From an uncultured bacterium (GTDB lineage: Bacteria > Bacillota_I > Bacilli_A > RF39 > UBA660): DNA of 64,000 nucleotides. Shown here one piece after another: positions 28,293 to 38,975 of the stretch. Position 1 is the stretch's first letter. Each line of letters starts with the position of its first letter. The stretch covers positions 25,096-89,095 of the forward strand of contig CASFOW010000042.1 of NCBI GenBank assembly GCA_949296705.1, given 5' to 3'. The notes under the pieces are model-generated. The model ran no database searches and had not been told where the DNA came from. It was given only the letters and a program-made list of their open reading frames with translations. Made by a program: the position numbers and the translations under genes.

Positions 28293-29408
28293 CTATTTCA
28301 TATTTGGTACGACATTAACACTTCGCGCAATGTCTACTAATTCATCCTGACTCATTACATCAGATACAATGTAATAATCTATCCCATTACTACTCCAAGT
28401 GATTGAATTTTCCGTTAAGGCACCTACTGTGTCAATTAATAAATATGGTTCACCATAAGTAGGAATAATTGAAAATTCTTCCTCAATGCTAGATGTCTCT
28501 TCTACTAACAGGAATGGTTTTTCTCCTTCGAAAGTCATAATTACTCTTTCCCCATCTGTTTTAGGTATTTTTTCTTCTGACGTTAATACTGTTCCTGTTG
28601 GAATATATAATGGATAAATAGTATCCTCTAGTACATTGGTCTCGGCACTAGTGGTAGTTTGATTGTTGTTCTGTAAAGTATTATTTTGATTGTTTTGGGT
28701 ATTATTATTAGTGGTATTGTTTTGGTCACTAGACTGATCATTATTCTGGTTATTATTTAGGTTAGTACTACTCTTTTCCATGATTTTATCGAGATTAAAA
28801 CTGTCCGCATCTACTGTTTGATTCGTTTCTATGGTATTAAAAGTCATTTTCATCTGTTCAACATTGTTTTCATCTACTACTTTTACTTCCTTGATATTTT
28901 TATCTTTATCTACTTTAACAACTTGTTTTACTAGTTTGCGATTATTTGGATAATTTACGGTCGATGTGATCGTATAATAATTTTCATCTTCAGTGATCTC
29001 ATGTTTCTCATCATCTAGAATGTCTTCAATAATCGATTGTAATAAGTACACTTGCGAATTATTGTATGGCCAATCACTTTGAAATTTGAAGCTTTTATTT
29101 AAACTCGGTGTTAAAACATAAACTCCTTCTTCATTTTTTAAAATAATTTGCTCATGATTATTCGCTTTATTTTTTAAATTTACATTAAATTTATCTTTTT
29201 TCTGGTAAAGAACTTCAACATTGTAATTATATACATCGTCATTATTTATTATTTCCAAATCTCCAGTTAATTTGTATGATTTTAAATCATTATATTTTTT
29301 ATCTAATTCTTTAACGATATCTTTGCTATCTTTTCCAAAACATCCTGTTAACAGAAAGCTCATCACCAAGAGTAATAATAATATCTTTTTTTTCATTTTC
29401 CACCTCAA
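28293..29408 (-). CDS. Lipoprotein with an N/Q-rich low-complexity linker
   Basis: Lipobox LLTGC. Central NNNQNNDQSSDQNNTTNNNTQNNQNNTLQNNNQ tract. Confidence 0.6.
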   Translation of the reverse strand: MRWKMKKKILLLLLVMSFLLTGCFGKDSKDIVKELDKKYNDLKSYKLTGDLEIINNDDVYNYNVEVLYQKKDKFNVNLKNKANNHEQIILKNEEGVYVLTPSLNKSFKFQSDWPYNNSQVYLLQSIIEDILDDEKHEITEDENYYTITSTVNYPNNRKLVKQVVKVDKDKNIKEVKVVDENNVEQMKMTFNTIETNQTVDADSFNLDKIMEKSSTNLNNNQNNDQSSDQNNTTNNNTQNNQNNTLQNNNQTTTSAETNVLEDTIYPLYIPTGTVLTSEEKIPKTDGERVIMTFEGEKPFLLVEETSSIEEEFSIIPTYGEPYLLIDTVGALTENSITWSSNGIDYYIVSDVMSQDELVDIARSVNVVPNMK

Positions 29409-29510
29409 TCATCTTTCAATTAATTATATGGATTAGTTTTTTCTTTATTCATGAATAATTTAAGTTTTTCTGCTTATCCTAATATTAGAAATTTAAAAAG
29501 GAGGAAAAAG

Positions 29511-29708
29511 ATGAAAACATTACAGAAAGTATGCTTGGTACTAACGATTATTGGTGCACTTAACTGGGGACTTATCGGATTATTCGATTTCAATCTTGTT
29601 GCTACTTTGTTTGGTACTGATAATGTAATTACTAGAATTGTTTATGTTTTAGTAGGCATTGCCGGTATAATTAATATAGGATTGTTATTCGAAGATTTTG
29701 ATAAATAA
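29511..29708 (+). CDS. DUF378-family small membrane protein
   Basis: GALNWGLIG hallmark with two TM helices. Start chosen at ATG 29511 with RBS AGGAGGAAAAAG. The track ORF starts further upstream. Confidence 0.75.
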   Translation: MKTLQKVCLVLTIIGALNWGLIGLFDFNLVATLFGTDNVITRIVYVLVGIAGIINIGLLFEDFDK

Positions 29709-29732
29709 AAAGAGAACTCGCTTTGTAGTTCT

Positions 29733-31091
29733 CTATTTTTCTAATATTCTGATGTTTATTTTCTTGTTTTTTGCTTCATAACTTAATCGATTATCTTTGC
29801 CATTAATGATTACATCTACTTCATAATCACCTACAGTATAATTTTTTAAGTCAATGGTTGCAGTGATTGTCGATGGGTCTAATGATTCAATTACAGAAGC
29901 ACTTCCTTTGACAATAACAGTGACGGTATCGTCTCCTTCTGCCGCAGCATTAACTTTTAATGTTGAATCTAGATTAGTTGGTTGAACTCGGATATTATCA
30001 ATTTCCTTGGTAATACTATCATCTAATATAACCTTTACGTTGACTGTTTTAGAACTGATATCTCTAATTCCAGATGGCTTTTCTAAGTTAATATTGTATT
30101 CTTGATCTTCAGATAATCCCTCAACATCAATTTCTACTGGGATTGAATCGATGTCATCTAAGACTCCTTTATCACCATAAATCGTTACTTTGTCGACAGA
30201 AGAAGTAAATTCCTTGATTGCTTTACCAAATGCGACTTCTCCTGTTGGGATAATTTCTAGATTAACCTCTTTACTTGGTGAAGAAATGGTAATAGAGGCT
30301 TCAATTTTTCCAGGTACAATTTCAACATCAACTGGTTGTCCTTCTGAATCATAGGCAATTAATGGAATTTCACTTAACGTAGTTGTACCTACCGACTTCT
30401 TCGCAATGTTATCAACATCGATTAAAGCTTTTACGGTAGCAACTTCTTTTAATTTGTATTCGGCTCCTTTGATAATAACGTCATTACGATTTAAATCGAT
30501 ATTTTCAATAATTAATTTTTTATCGAGACTGTCACGATGAAGAATATCATAATCTAATTCTCTAGTTTCGGATACTTTTTCATAAATAACAATCGTCGCA
30601 CTGGATGGATCGATTTTGTAATCAATTGATGATAAGCGTTGATTGTATTTCAAATTTACTTTATGACTACCAGGCTTTAAACCACGTAAGTCAACAGAAA
30701 CACTATTAGCTGGATATTGTTTAGCTAGATATAAGTCAGCCTTTCTACCGATTAAAGTAATATCAGCCGTAGTTGGTAACCCCTCGATTACATAAGCTTC
30801 GGAATTATATTCAGCAACAACAGGAGTATTATATAAAATTTCTGCTTGTTTATTGATAATTGTATTGGAATTTTGGTCGATGATAAAAAAGAAAATGAAG
30901 GCAAAAATCAAGGACAGAACAATGAGAGTTTGTTTCTTATTGATAAATTTTTCCAGTTCTTTTCCATTATTTTTTGTGAAATCAGTGAGTGTTAGAATAC
31001 CTTTGGTAATTGGCGTAATTAGCCATTTATCGAAAAACAATAATATTTTCTTAAATACTTTACATATTTTCTTCATATAAATCTTCCTCAT
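29733..31091 (-). CDS. cdaR: CdaR (YbbR-domain) regulator of diadenylate cyclase
   Basis: N-terminal TM segment, then repeated YbbR-like beta domains. Immediately downstream of cdaA, overlapping it. The true start may be an internal Met. Confidence 0.7.
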   Translation of the reverse strand: MRKIYMKKICKVFKKILLFFDKWLITPITKGILTLTDFTKNNGKELEKFINKKQTLIVLSLIFAFIFFFIIDQNSNTIINKQAEILYNTPVVAEYNSEAYVIEGLPTTADITLIGRKADLYLAKQYPANSVSVDLRGLKPGSHKVNLKYNQRLSSIDYKIDPSSATIVIYEKVSETRELDYDILHRDSLDKKLIIENIDLNRNDVIIKGAEYKLKEVATVKALIDVDNIAKKSVGTTTLSEIPLIAYDSEGQPVDVEIVPGKIEASITISSPSKEVNLEIIPTGEVAFGKAIKEFTSSVDKVTIYGDKGVLDDIDSIPVEIDVEGLSEDQEYNINLEKPSGIRDISSKTVNVKVILDDSITKEIDNIRVQPTNLDSTLKVNAAAEGDDTVTVIVKGSASVIESLDPSTITATIDLKNYTVGDYEVDVIINGKDNRLSYEAKNKKINIRILEK

Positions 31092-31884
31092 CTAATTCAT
31101 CTAATACTTCATCTTCTTGCTTTGGACGCAACTCATCAATCAACATCATCCTAACGTCATCCAAAGATAGATTATAGAATAATTCTCCTTTTACAGCGAT
31201 AGACAATCTACCCGTTTCTTCACTAACGACAACACTGATGGCATCGCTTTCTTCGGTAATACCTAAGGCTGCGCGGTGTCTAGTACCAAACTTCTTATTC
31301 ACTTTAGAACTATTACTAGTTGGAAAAACTGCTCCAGCGCAACTAATTCTATCTCCTTGAATAATTACACCACCATCATGTAATGGATTGTTAGGGAAAA
31401 AGATAGAAATCAATAAATCGCTAGATAAATCAGCATAGATTTTCTTGGCTTTATCAATATAATTAGCAAGACTAGTATCTCTTTCTAGCACAATTAAAGC
31501 ACCGATTCTCGCTTTTCGCAAATAATCTACAGCTTGGACAATTTCATATACTAGCCTTTCCCTTTCATCAACCGTCAATACCTTATGTCTTCCTAAGAGC
31601 TGGGTTCTTCCTAATTGTTCTAAAACATTTCTAATCTCTGGCTGAAAGATAATAATTAAAGCTAATGGTCCCCACATCATTACATATTCTAGTAATAAGC
31701 CAATTGTCGTTAGTTCGAATACATCACTAACTACTTTTAAAATTAACAGAATAGCTACTCCTTTAAATAATAAGGTTAATTTCACATTATTACGAATATT
31801 CTTTAAAATGTAATAGAAAATAAACCATACTAAAGAAATATCAATTATTTTCTTTATAATTACAATTATACTATCTAATGTCAT
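31060..31884 (-). CDS. cdaA: Diadenylate cyclase CdaA (DisA_N domain)
   Basis: Three N-terminal TM helices. DAC-domain motifs DGAVII-like (HDGGVIIQGDRI) and RHRAALG. Confidence 0.85.
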   Translation of the reverse strand: MTLDSIIVIIKKIIDISLVWFIFYYILKNIRNNVKLTLLFKGVAILLILKVVSDVFELTTIGLLLEYVMMWGPLALIIIFQPEIRNVLEQLGRTQLLGRHKVLTVDERERLVYEIVQAVDYLRKARIGALIVLERDTSLANYIDKAKKIYADLSSDLLISIFFPNNPLHDGGVIIQGDRISCAGAVFPTSNSSKVNKKFGTRHRAALGITEESDAISVVVSEETGRLSIAVKGELFYNLSLDDVRMMLIDELRPKQEDEVLDELDEEDLYEENM

Positions 31885-31958
31885 TTTTTTCTTCCTTCCC
31901 TATGTTTTCTATTATAACAAAAAAGCCACCTCTGGTAAAGTTGACACTTTTTTGGGGC

Positions 31959-32453
31959 TTATAATTCGTCAATTTTGACATCATCTGTAGAACCAAAATC
32001 AATAACTTTGGTTAAATCTTCAGTTTTGGATACAGATTCAGTTTGTGGGTTCTCTGACTGCTCTTCTACAATTTCTGGTACATCCAATGTCGAACTATTA
32101 ATTGTCACTACAGTATCTTGTTTATTGACAATTTCTTCTTGTGGCGATTCAAGTTCCGGAGCAGGTGTTAGCATAATTTTTGATGATGAGCTTTCCTGTA
32201 GATCGGCTTCTGTTTTTTCTACAGGGATACCTATAATACGATCAACTTTAGAATCAAAGACAATGGTATCTCCTCGTTGTTCAGTTTCTTTTAAACGCAT
32301 ATAAGCTGTTTTGGCTTGTTCTTCTTTATAGGATTTAATTTTTTCCATCATAAAGCCAATAATCGCCAAAATAAGAATCACTGCAACTAAAGCTACTACT
32401 GTATAGATTGTTCCATCTAAAAAATCTCGATAGAAACTAATCATTCGTATCAC
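31959..32453 (-). CDS. Hypothetical membrane-anchored acidic protein
   Basis: One TM segment (YTVVALVAVILILAIIGFMM) followed by an E/S/T-rich soluble region. Confidence 0.5.
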   Translation of the reverse strand: MIRMISFYRDFLDGTIYTVVALVAVILILAIIGFMMEKIKSYKEEQAKTAYMRLKETEQRGDTIVFDSKVDRIIGIPVEKTEADLQESSSSKIMLTPAPELESPQEEIVNKQDTVVTINSSTLDVPEIVEEQSENPQTESVSKTEDLTKVIDFGSTDDVKIDEL

Positions 32454-32536
32454 ACCCTTTTTGATCCTATTATGATTATAACACAGACTTTTTTATTTTA
32501 ATAGAAAAAAGCATCTTCTTCTTCTCGAAATATGCT

Positions 32537-32752
32537 TTAATACTTATACTTCTTTTTATTTAAATCTAAGCTTTCTAACTGTAATTTTACTTTAATTTGC
32601 GTGATTTCTGAAGTTGAAAAGCCATTTTCTTTCAGTGTCTTTTTTTGACATTCCCACAATTCTCGCACTGTATAAATATTCAAACGATGAAGATCAGCAA
32701 CAATCTCTTTTTCTAGACCTAAAGTTTCAATTTTGTCTTTTAGTTTTACCAT
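32537..32752 (-). CDS. Small protein resembling the RNA polymerase alpha-subunit C-terminal (HhH) domain
   Basis: 71 aa. LGLEKEIVADLHRLNIYTVRELWECQKKTLKENGFSTSEITQIKVKL resembles the alpha-CTD helix-hairpin-helix. Confidence 0.4.
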   Translation of the reverse strand: MVKLKDKIETLGLEKEIVADLHRLNIYTVRELWECQKKTLKENGFSTSEITQIKVKLQLESLDLNKKKYKY

Positions 32753-33019
32753 ATACTACCTAGTTATCTTCAGCCAAGAATATTGTTTCAACTTGTAAAT
32801 TTACTTGTGGGCAATGAAAAGAGCATCTTTCGGTTAATATTATTTTTATCATTTTATCCAATTCCTCCTGAGGCGTATTTTTATTAATATGCGCTTTCTT
32901 TATGTGCTTATTATATCATTTTTTCAGCAGGAAAAGTAAGTATTTTTATTTTCTAAATGGATATTTAGACATATTTTGATATAATTTTTACATTTTTTGA
33001 GATTATATCTTCTAAACTG

Positions 33020-34150
33020 TTAATTATCTTTAGGTGTTTGTAAAGAAGAGTATAAGAAACAATCTTTTTCATGAGAATTAATGATACCAATTGCCTGGAG
33101 ATAGGAATAAATAATTGTTGTTCCTACAAATTTCATCCCCCGACGAATTAGATCTTTTGAGATTTTATCAGAGAGTTCGGAATGTGTTTTGTCATTTTCA
33201 TAGAAAGTTTCTCCTTTACTAAAAGTAACTAGATAGTGATAGAAGCTTCCAAATTCTTGAATAATTTTTTTAAATACTTGAGCATTGGTTATTGTTGCGG
33301 TAATTTTTCTACGATTACGGATAATTCCGGGATTCTCCATTAAGGATTCTATCTTATCTATCTGGTACTCGCTAATTTTTTCATAATCAAAGTGATCAAA
33401 AGCTAAACGGAAATTTTCTCTTTTATTTAGTATGCATTCCCAAGATAAACCAGCTTGAAAGGATTCTAAAACTAGCATTTCAAATAAATAATGATTATCA
33501 AATTTAGGAACTCCCCATTCTTTATCATGATAGTTAATATATCGTTCATTTTCTAAATTACACCATTTACAGCGATTGAGGGAAGATGTTCCTTTTGAAA
33601 GAACTTTTTCTTTAGGTAGATATAATTTACTCATATCGACACCTTCTAAGGTTAATAATTTTTTCTTGACATTTAATCCACCAGCATAGCCGATTAGATT
33701 ACCTGTTACTCCTACTACTCGGTGACAAGGAATAATAATCATGATTGGGTTACGAGCAATCGCATGTCCGACGGCTTGACTAGACATCGAAGTTTTATGA
33801 CGTTTTTTAGCTATTTCTTTCGCTACTTGTTGATAACTGACTGTTTTTCCATAAGGAATGGTTAACAAATATTGCCATACTTGTTTTTGAAAAGTTGTTC
33901 CCTGAGGAAGTAAATTTAACTGTTCATAACTAGGAGTTTTCTTTTTAAAATAATCATCTAGCCATTTTTTGGTTACTTGAAAAATAGGTAGTTCTTTTTT
34001 CAAAGTAGCTTCTTTTGAAATATAGTAACGGCTATTTTCTAGTTGTAAACTTAAAAGATGAGTACCATCACTTTCTAAAATAATTTTTCCTAATGGCGAG
34101 TGATAAATATATTGATACAATTCTATTTCTCTCATTATTTTGTTCACCAT
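33020..34150 (-). CDS. Bifunctional fusion: O6-methylguanine-DNA methyltransferase (Ogt) plus DNA-3-methyladenine glycosylase I (Tag)
   Basis: N-terminal half carries the MGMT active site IIIPCHRVVG. C-terminal half carries YINYHDKEWGVP...ESFQAGLSW, typical of Tag. Confidence 0.8.
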   Translation of the reverse strand: MVNKIMREIELYQYIYHSPLGKIILESDGTHLLSLQLENSRYYISKEATLKKELPIFQVTKKWLDDYFKKKTPSYEQLNLLPQGTTFQKQVWQYLLTIPYGKTVSYQQVAKEIAKKRHKTSMSSQAVGHAIARNPIMIIIPCHRVVGVTGNLIGYAGGLNVKKKLLTLEGVDMSKLYLPKEKVLSKGTSSLNRCKWCNLENERYINYHDKEWGVPKFDNHYLFEMLVLESFQAGLSWECILNKRENFRLAFDHFDYEKISEYQIDKIESLMENPGIIRNRRKITATITNAQVFKKIIQEFGSFYHYLVTFSKGETFYENDKTHSELSDKISKDLIRRGMKFVGTTIIYSYLQAIGIINSHEKDCFLYSSLQTPKDN

Positions 34151-34158
34151 GATTCTCT

Positions 34159-35001
34159 CTATAAATAATGAATTTGATCGACAACTATTAAATTCGGTAG
34201 TTTTTTTACTAGGGTTTTATTCATTCTATCCATTTCAGCTGATGTAAATTTTGTCATTTTTCTTTCTTCAAAATCTTCATTAGTTAGCCCATAGTCTGTT
34301 AACAATAATTGATGTATATCATTTGTTAATTCAATTTCTTTTTTATCTACTTCTGTCAATTCCCTTTTACTATCTAATTCTGCTAGTTTATCTTCTAATT
34401 TTTCGATTCTTTCTTTGTGTTGTCTTTCCCAATAGAAATCTGGTCCTCCCACTACACTATAGCGATGCGGATAGGGATTATGTGATGCATATAAACTTTC
34501 TAATTTTCTTAATATACGATTTATTTCTTTTTCTCTTATGTCTTGGTTTTGTAAAGAGCGATATAAGCTAATGGTACCAATCCTCATACACTTATATTCA
34601 TCTGGAATATCTTTTCTTAAGCTTATTCGTTCTTGATAGTCAAAGCTAAATAATTCGACTTTTCGATTTTCTACTTGCATAGAGATCTCTAATCTTTCGT
34701 TGTTGTCAATATCAAGAGGGTATTTTTGTTGCTCTAATAATTGTAAGGCTCTATGGTAAATATTATAAGTAGCAATCTTCTTATAAAGTTCTAGTTCTGA
34801 TAAAATTTCTCTTTCTTCTTTATTGATATTTGTTCTAACTACCGAAAACTCAAGTTCTATTAATGAATTTAAATAATCTAATATCACTTTTGTTAATATT
34901 CCTCTATGCTTGTTTAATAAATCAATTAATTCTTCTTTAGTAGCTAATTTGCTTTCTGGATTAACTCCTATTATTCCAAATTTCATATAATTATTTCCCA
35001 T
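34159..35001 (-). CDS. Hypothetical protein, charged and helix-rich
   Basis: 280 aa with no recognised motif. 8-bp gap to the ogt-tag fusion, so likely co-transcribed. Confidence 0.5.
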   Translation of the reverse strand: MGNNYMKFGIIGVNPESKLATKEELIDLLNKHRGILTKVILDYLNSLIELEFSVVRTNINKEEREILSELELYKKIATYNIYHRALQLLEQQKYPLDIDNNERLEISMQVENRKVELFSFDYQERISLRKDIPDEYKCMRIGTISLYRSLQNQDIREKEINRILRKLESLYASHNPYPHRYSVVGGPDFYWERQHKERIEKLEDKLAELDSKRELTEVDKKEIELTNDIHQLLLTDYGLTNEDFEERKMTKFTSAEMDRMNKTLVKKLPNLIVVDQIHYL

Positions 35002-35041
35002 ATTTCTCCTCCATTGATAATTTTTTTATAATAGTCTTTTT

Positions 35042-35647
35042 CTAAATATTTGTTTTTGATTCTATCTTTTTCTTTAAAGTTGGCACTTGCTGGCCATCTA
35101 TTTTTTCCTTCTGATTCGATAATACAAATGTAGTAAGAGTATCATCCCTATAGCAAGCAGGGATTCTAGCTAGCTGATGTTCATTTTTTAATACTTCTAT
35201 ATCAATGTTGTTCTCCTTTAATAAAGAAACAAGCAAAGAGTAATCTAAATATATTTGTCGGTAATGATTGATTGTAGTTTGTTGCGGAAAATCAATAAAA
35301 TATTTTCTTGTTTCTACATAATCTAAAATCGAATAAATTAAAACTACTTTTTCTTGTTTAGCTTCTAATAAATTAGAAAAAGATAAACAATCAGGTAGAA
35401 CATCAAAATCTCCGCAAAAAATAACATGAAACGGAATTTCTTTTTTTTCTTCGTTATTACACATTAAATTGACGATTAATTCATTCACAAAATTTCTAGT
35501 CACTATTTCTTTATTTTCATAAAGTTGTAATGTATGATAATCAGTCACTAAGTTAGCACCACCTTGAATCATCCTAGGTGAGATTATTAAAAAATTTTTC
35601 TCTTTATATTCATTAATTTTATTTATCATTTCTTCTCTTGTTAACAT
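35042..35647 (-). CDS. Hypothetical protein
   Basis: 201 aa with no recognised motif. First gene of a likely three-gene unit ending with the ogt-tag fusion. Confidence 0.5.
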   Translation of the reverse strand: MLTREEMINKINEYKEKNFLIISPRMIQGGANLVTDYHTLQLYENKEIVTRNFVNELIVNLMCNNEEKKEIPFHVIFCGDFDVLPDCLSFSNLLEAKQEKVVLIYSILDYVETRKYFIDFPQQTTINHYRQIYLDYSLLVSLLKENNIDIEVLKNEHQLARIPACYRDDTLTTFVLSNQKEKIDGQQVPTLKKKIESKTNI

Positions 35648-36138
35648 GGTAACCTCCCTTACACTTAACTAAAGTAATATAACATATAGCTTAGAAAAAA
35701 ACTTAAAATATATGAATAAATTTTCAAAAAAGTTATTAATCAGCTGAACTTTTTTGCCGTAATAAGATTAAAAAGCTAACATTAATGGATTTCAAAAAAT
35801 AGAAAGAGTAAAGCTTATGTTTCACTACTTTTGAAAATTATTTGGTTTTAAACCTTTTGACTTTTCCTTTTCTACACTACATTAATATTGGTCGCATCGA
35901 TAAACTGTTTAGAAATTAATTGAAAATACTCTTCTTTATTGGCACTAATTAAACGACAGATATCATCGAAGGATTGATTGATAAAATATTTTTAATGAGT
36001 CATGTTCTTCTTGAAGTGTTCCATTTTTAATATCAATTTTGATTCCAAAGTTATTTAATTCATTTAACAGAATATCTAAATTAATTTCATTTTCTAATCT
36101 TACGAAAATAGTTACGGAAGCCATCTTGAGTTAGTTCA

Positions 36139-36819
36139 TTAATTCCATAAATCACAGATTATCTTTCTAATAAACATATTTATCTTGACACCATTACTTT
36201 TCATAAAACAAGGTCGTCCATAAGTATATGTGTGTTCAAAGGTGTCATCGACTTTCCCACTTCTATAACTATTTTCATAGATTTTATTTAGCAATGACTG
36301 TTTAACATTTCTTTCCTCATAAACTAAGTTCTGTAAATATCTTATAGCCATTTTTACTCCATCATTAGCAAAAAAACTAACTGAATGAGGCATTTCTCGA
36401 TCAAAAGCCAACTCATACTCCCCCTCTGTAAAAGTCATTTTGGTAATAATAGGCGTTTCACTTCCAATATAATAAAGGTTTTCTTCTTTTCTGGTTAGTA
36501 GAAATAACATAATTAAATCATGTTGAACCACTAAAATTCAATAAATCTGTATCATCAGTATAAATAGCTACATAGGAAATAGTATTTTTTTATCTACTAT
36601 TTCTAGGGATAGTGTTTCTTCATCAAAACTTTTTATTGCATAATCCTCTATTCTTGATTTTTCTACTGGGGTATTAAAAAATTTAGCCACATCTAGTAGT
36701 GTCGCTTTTTCATCATGACTTTTGCCGATATATCTTTCATAAATCTTTTTTACCGTTCTTTTTACATATTCAATTTTTCTTGATATATACAAAACCTCCT
36801 TATTTCTATATTCTAGCAT
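36139..36819 (-). pseudogene. Probable frameshifted gene (the 83-aa and 130-aa ORFs are one reading unit broken at a poly-T tract)
   Basis: ORF 36568..36819 ends and ORF 36139..36531 begins within 40 nt on the same strand, either side of a T7 homopolymer (36587-36593). No RBS for the second ORF. The upstream neighbourhood is also degraded. Confidence 0.35.
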
Positions 36820-37268
36820 ACTTTTCTTGTTTTTTTGTTTCTTTCACTCCAAATTGTTACAGTTTTATTTCAATATTATTTTTTCGTATTTAATTCCCAA
36901 TAAAGTATTTAACATACTAAAGGATTTTTTTGAGGCATCAAAAAGCACCTCAATATTTACCTCCCATAATAAATAATTTAGTAATGATTAATACATATTT
37001 GTCTTTTTACAAAAACGTATAATATATATTTTCTATAAATGTTGAAATAGTAATTTTTGTTTATCTATATTATTATTTCTGGGTAATATTCCCTAAGCAA
37101 TTTTTCTATCACTTAATTCTTCTAAATATTTGGTTATAGTTGTAATTTAGAAAATTGAAAATAAGAATTTATTGTGAGTATTATATCTATTTATTTTATT
37201 CTTATCCATTCACTAGGCATCTTAAGACATATAAAAACGAACTATTTCTAGTTCGAATACTATTTATC

Positions 37269-37344
37269 TGGTGCCGACTATAGGGATCGAACCTACGACC
37301 TACGCGTTACGAGTGCGTTGCTCTACCAGCTGAGCTAAGTCGGC
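37269..37344 (-). tRNA. tRNA-Thr (CGT)
   Basis: GCCGACTTAGCTCAGCTGGTAGAGC..., anticodon loop CTCGTAA, T-loop GGTTCGATCC, encoded CCA. One A-C mismatch at 31-39. Confidence 0.85.
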
Positions 37345-37433
37345 GTCAATAACAATTGTTATTATACATGACATAGCCTTTCTTAGTCAATAGATTTTCC
37401 GTTATTTCATGTTAGCCTTCTCTGTGCAATCTG

Positions 37434-37997
37434 TTAATTAAAATTGTTTTTTCCTAAAATTTTTTCGCCCTCTTCAGGAGATTTTTTTAAATTGTATCCG
37501 TAGATATTATAGTCTCCATCCTGATAGTCATATCTACCAGTCTGAGAGGCGATGTGATTGATTTGTTCATCCCTAACATGAGCTTTCGCAAAAATATAAT
37601 AATTTGGCAAATCCTTCTCTACCGCTCTAAACCTTTCTCGATAATCGAGTACCTGTTCATTTCCAGCAATGATTTCTAATAATTGTTTTAGTGCTTCAAA
37701 AATATACTTATGATTTCTCCTTTCTTTCACTAAACCCCATCTTAGTTCTAGTGGTCCTTTTTTCATTTGCAATAATAGTATGAATCCTATTTTTTTATCT
37801 TTAAAGTATACTCTTTTTCCGTTTTCTTTCTTCTCCACATTGTATTTAATAAAATAAGCTAATTTGCCATAGGGTACTTCTTTTTCCATTTCGCATAAAG
37901 CAGAGTCACAAAAAATATCACTCATATCTTCTTGATCGAGATCACTTTCCTCATCATAATATTGTAAAGAAATCCACTCATAACATTCTTCTTGCAT
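37434..37997 (-). CDS. Hypothetical protein
   Basis: 187 aa with no recognised motif. Confidence 0.5.
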   Translation of the reverse strand: MQEECYEWISLQYYDEESDLDQEDMSDIFCDSALCEMEKEVPYGKLAYFIKYNVEKKENGKRVYFKDKKIGFILLLQMKKGPLELRWGLVKERRNHKYIFEALKQLLEIIAGNEQVLDYRERFRAVEKDLPNYYIFAKAHVRDEQINHIASQTGRYDYQDGDYNIYGYNLKKSPEEGEKILGKNNFN

Positions 37998-38060
37998 ATA
38001 TTTTCCTCTTTTCTGCTTATCTACTTATATTTTAATATCAAATTGAAAATAAGTATACCT

Positions 38061-38975
38061 TTATTTTTCTAAAAATTCTAGTATATTATGGATTTCTAAT
38101 TCAGATAAATGAATGTTTTCCTGAATTAGTCCAATTTCAGGATGTAAATTATCCTTACAATGAAAGTCGGAACCGATTGTAGTTTTTAAGTGGTGAGTTT
38201 TAGCAAACTGATTCCAAAAATTACTCTCATTTATTTTTTGTTGATTCTTATCAATATAGATATAATTGCTTTCTATCCCATCTGCTTGGATTTCTTGGAT
38301 AATATCAAGAATTTCTTGGGGATTAAGGTTATCCTCATAACAATAACTTACTGGATGAGCTAAAACTACTTTTCCTCCAGCTTTTCTAATCATCTTGCTA
38401 GCTTCCTTAGGGGTAACTGTCTTTTTCTCAACATAAGCAGGGCACCCTTCATTCATTATTGTTTCGATAAACTCTCCTTGATTAGGAAGATGACCGAAGT
38501 AGTGTTTTAGTTGATTTCTATTTTCTTCTTTAGTAATTATATCTTTCGCAATATGGGCTTTGGTTACCGTTTCTAGTCTACTTAATTTATTGATATCTAC
38601 TTGATAACCTAATGCTTCTAGTTTTTTGGTTACTTGTTTCAAATAAACTTGCCTAGCATTTCTTAAAGCACTTAATTCTTTTAAAAAAGTAGAATTTTTG
38701 ACATCAACATTGTAACCTAAAACATGAATACCGCATTTCTTTATTTTCGTCGATATTTCTACGGCAGGAATTAATTTTACTCCTCTTTCACGGGCGTATT
38801 GAATTAATTCATCACAATAAGCTTCTACTGTATCGTGATCCGCTATCGCAATACAATTAACCTTTAAGCGAACAGCTTCATCGATTACTTCTTGTGGCGA
38901 TAAATATCCATCCGAACAAGTAGTGTGTATGTGTAGATCTATTTTTGATTTCATTTTCTCCCCCCTTGCAATCAT
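38061..38975 (-). CDS. PHP-domain metal-dependent phosphoesterase
   Basis: IDLHIHTTCSDG...IAIADHDTV...is the PHP motif series. 304 aa. Confidence 0.75.
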   Translation of the reverse strand: MIARGEKMKSKIDLHIHTTCSDGYLSPQEVIDEAVRLKVNCIAIADHDTVEAYCDELIQYARERGVKLIPAVEISTKIKKCGIHVLGYNVDVKNSTFLKELSALRNARQVYLKQVTKKLEALGYQVDINKLSRLETVTKAHIAKDIITKEENRNQLKHYFGHLPNQGEFIETIMNEGCPAYVEKKTVTPKEASKMIRKAGGKVVLAHPVSYCYEDNLNPQEILDIIQEIQADGIESNYIYIDKNQQKINESNFWNQFAKTHHLKTTIGSDFHCKDNLHPEIGLIQENIHLSELEIHNILEFLEK

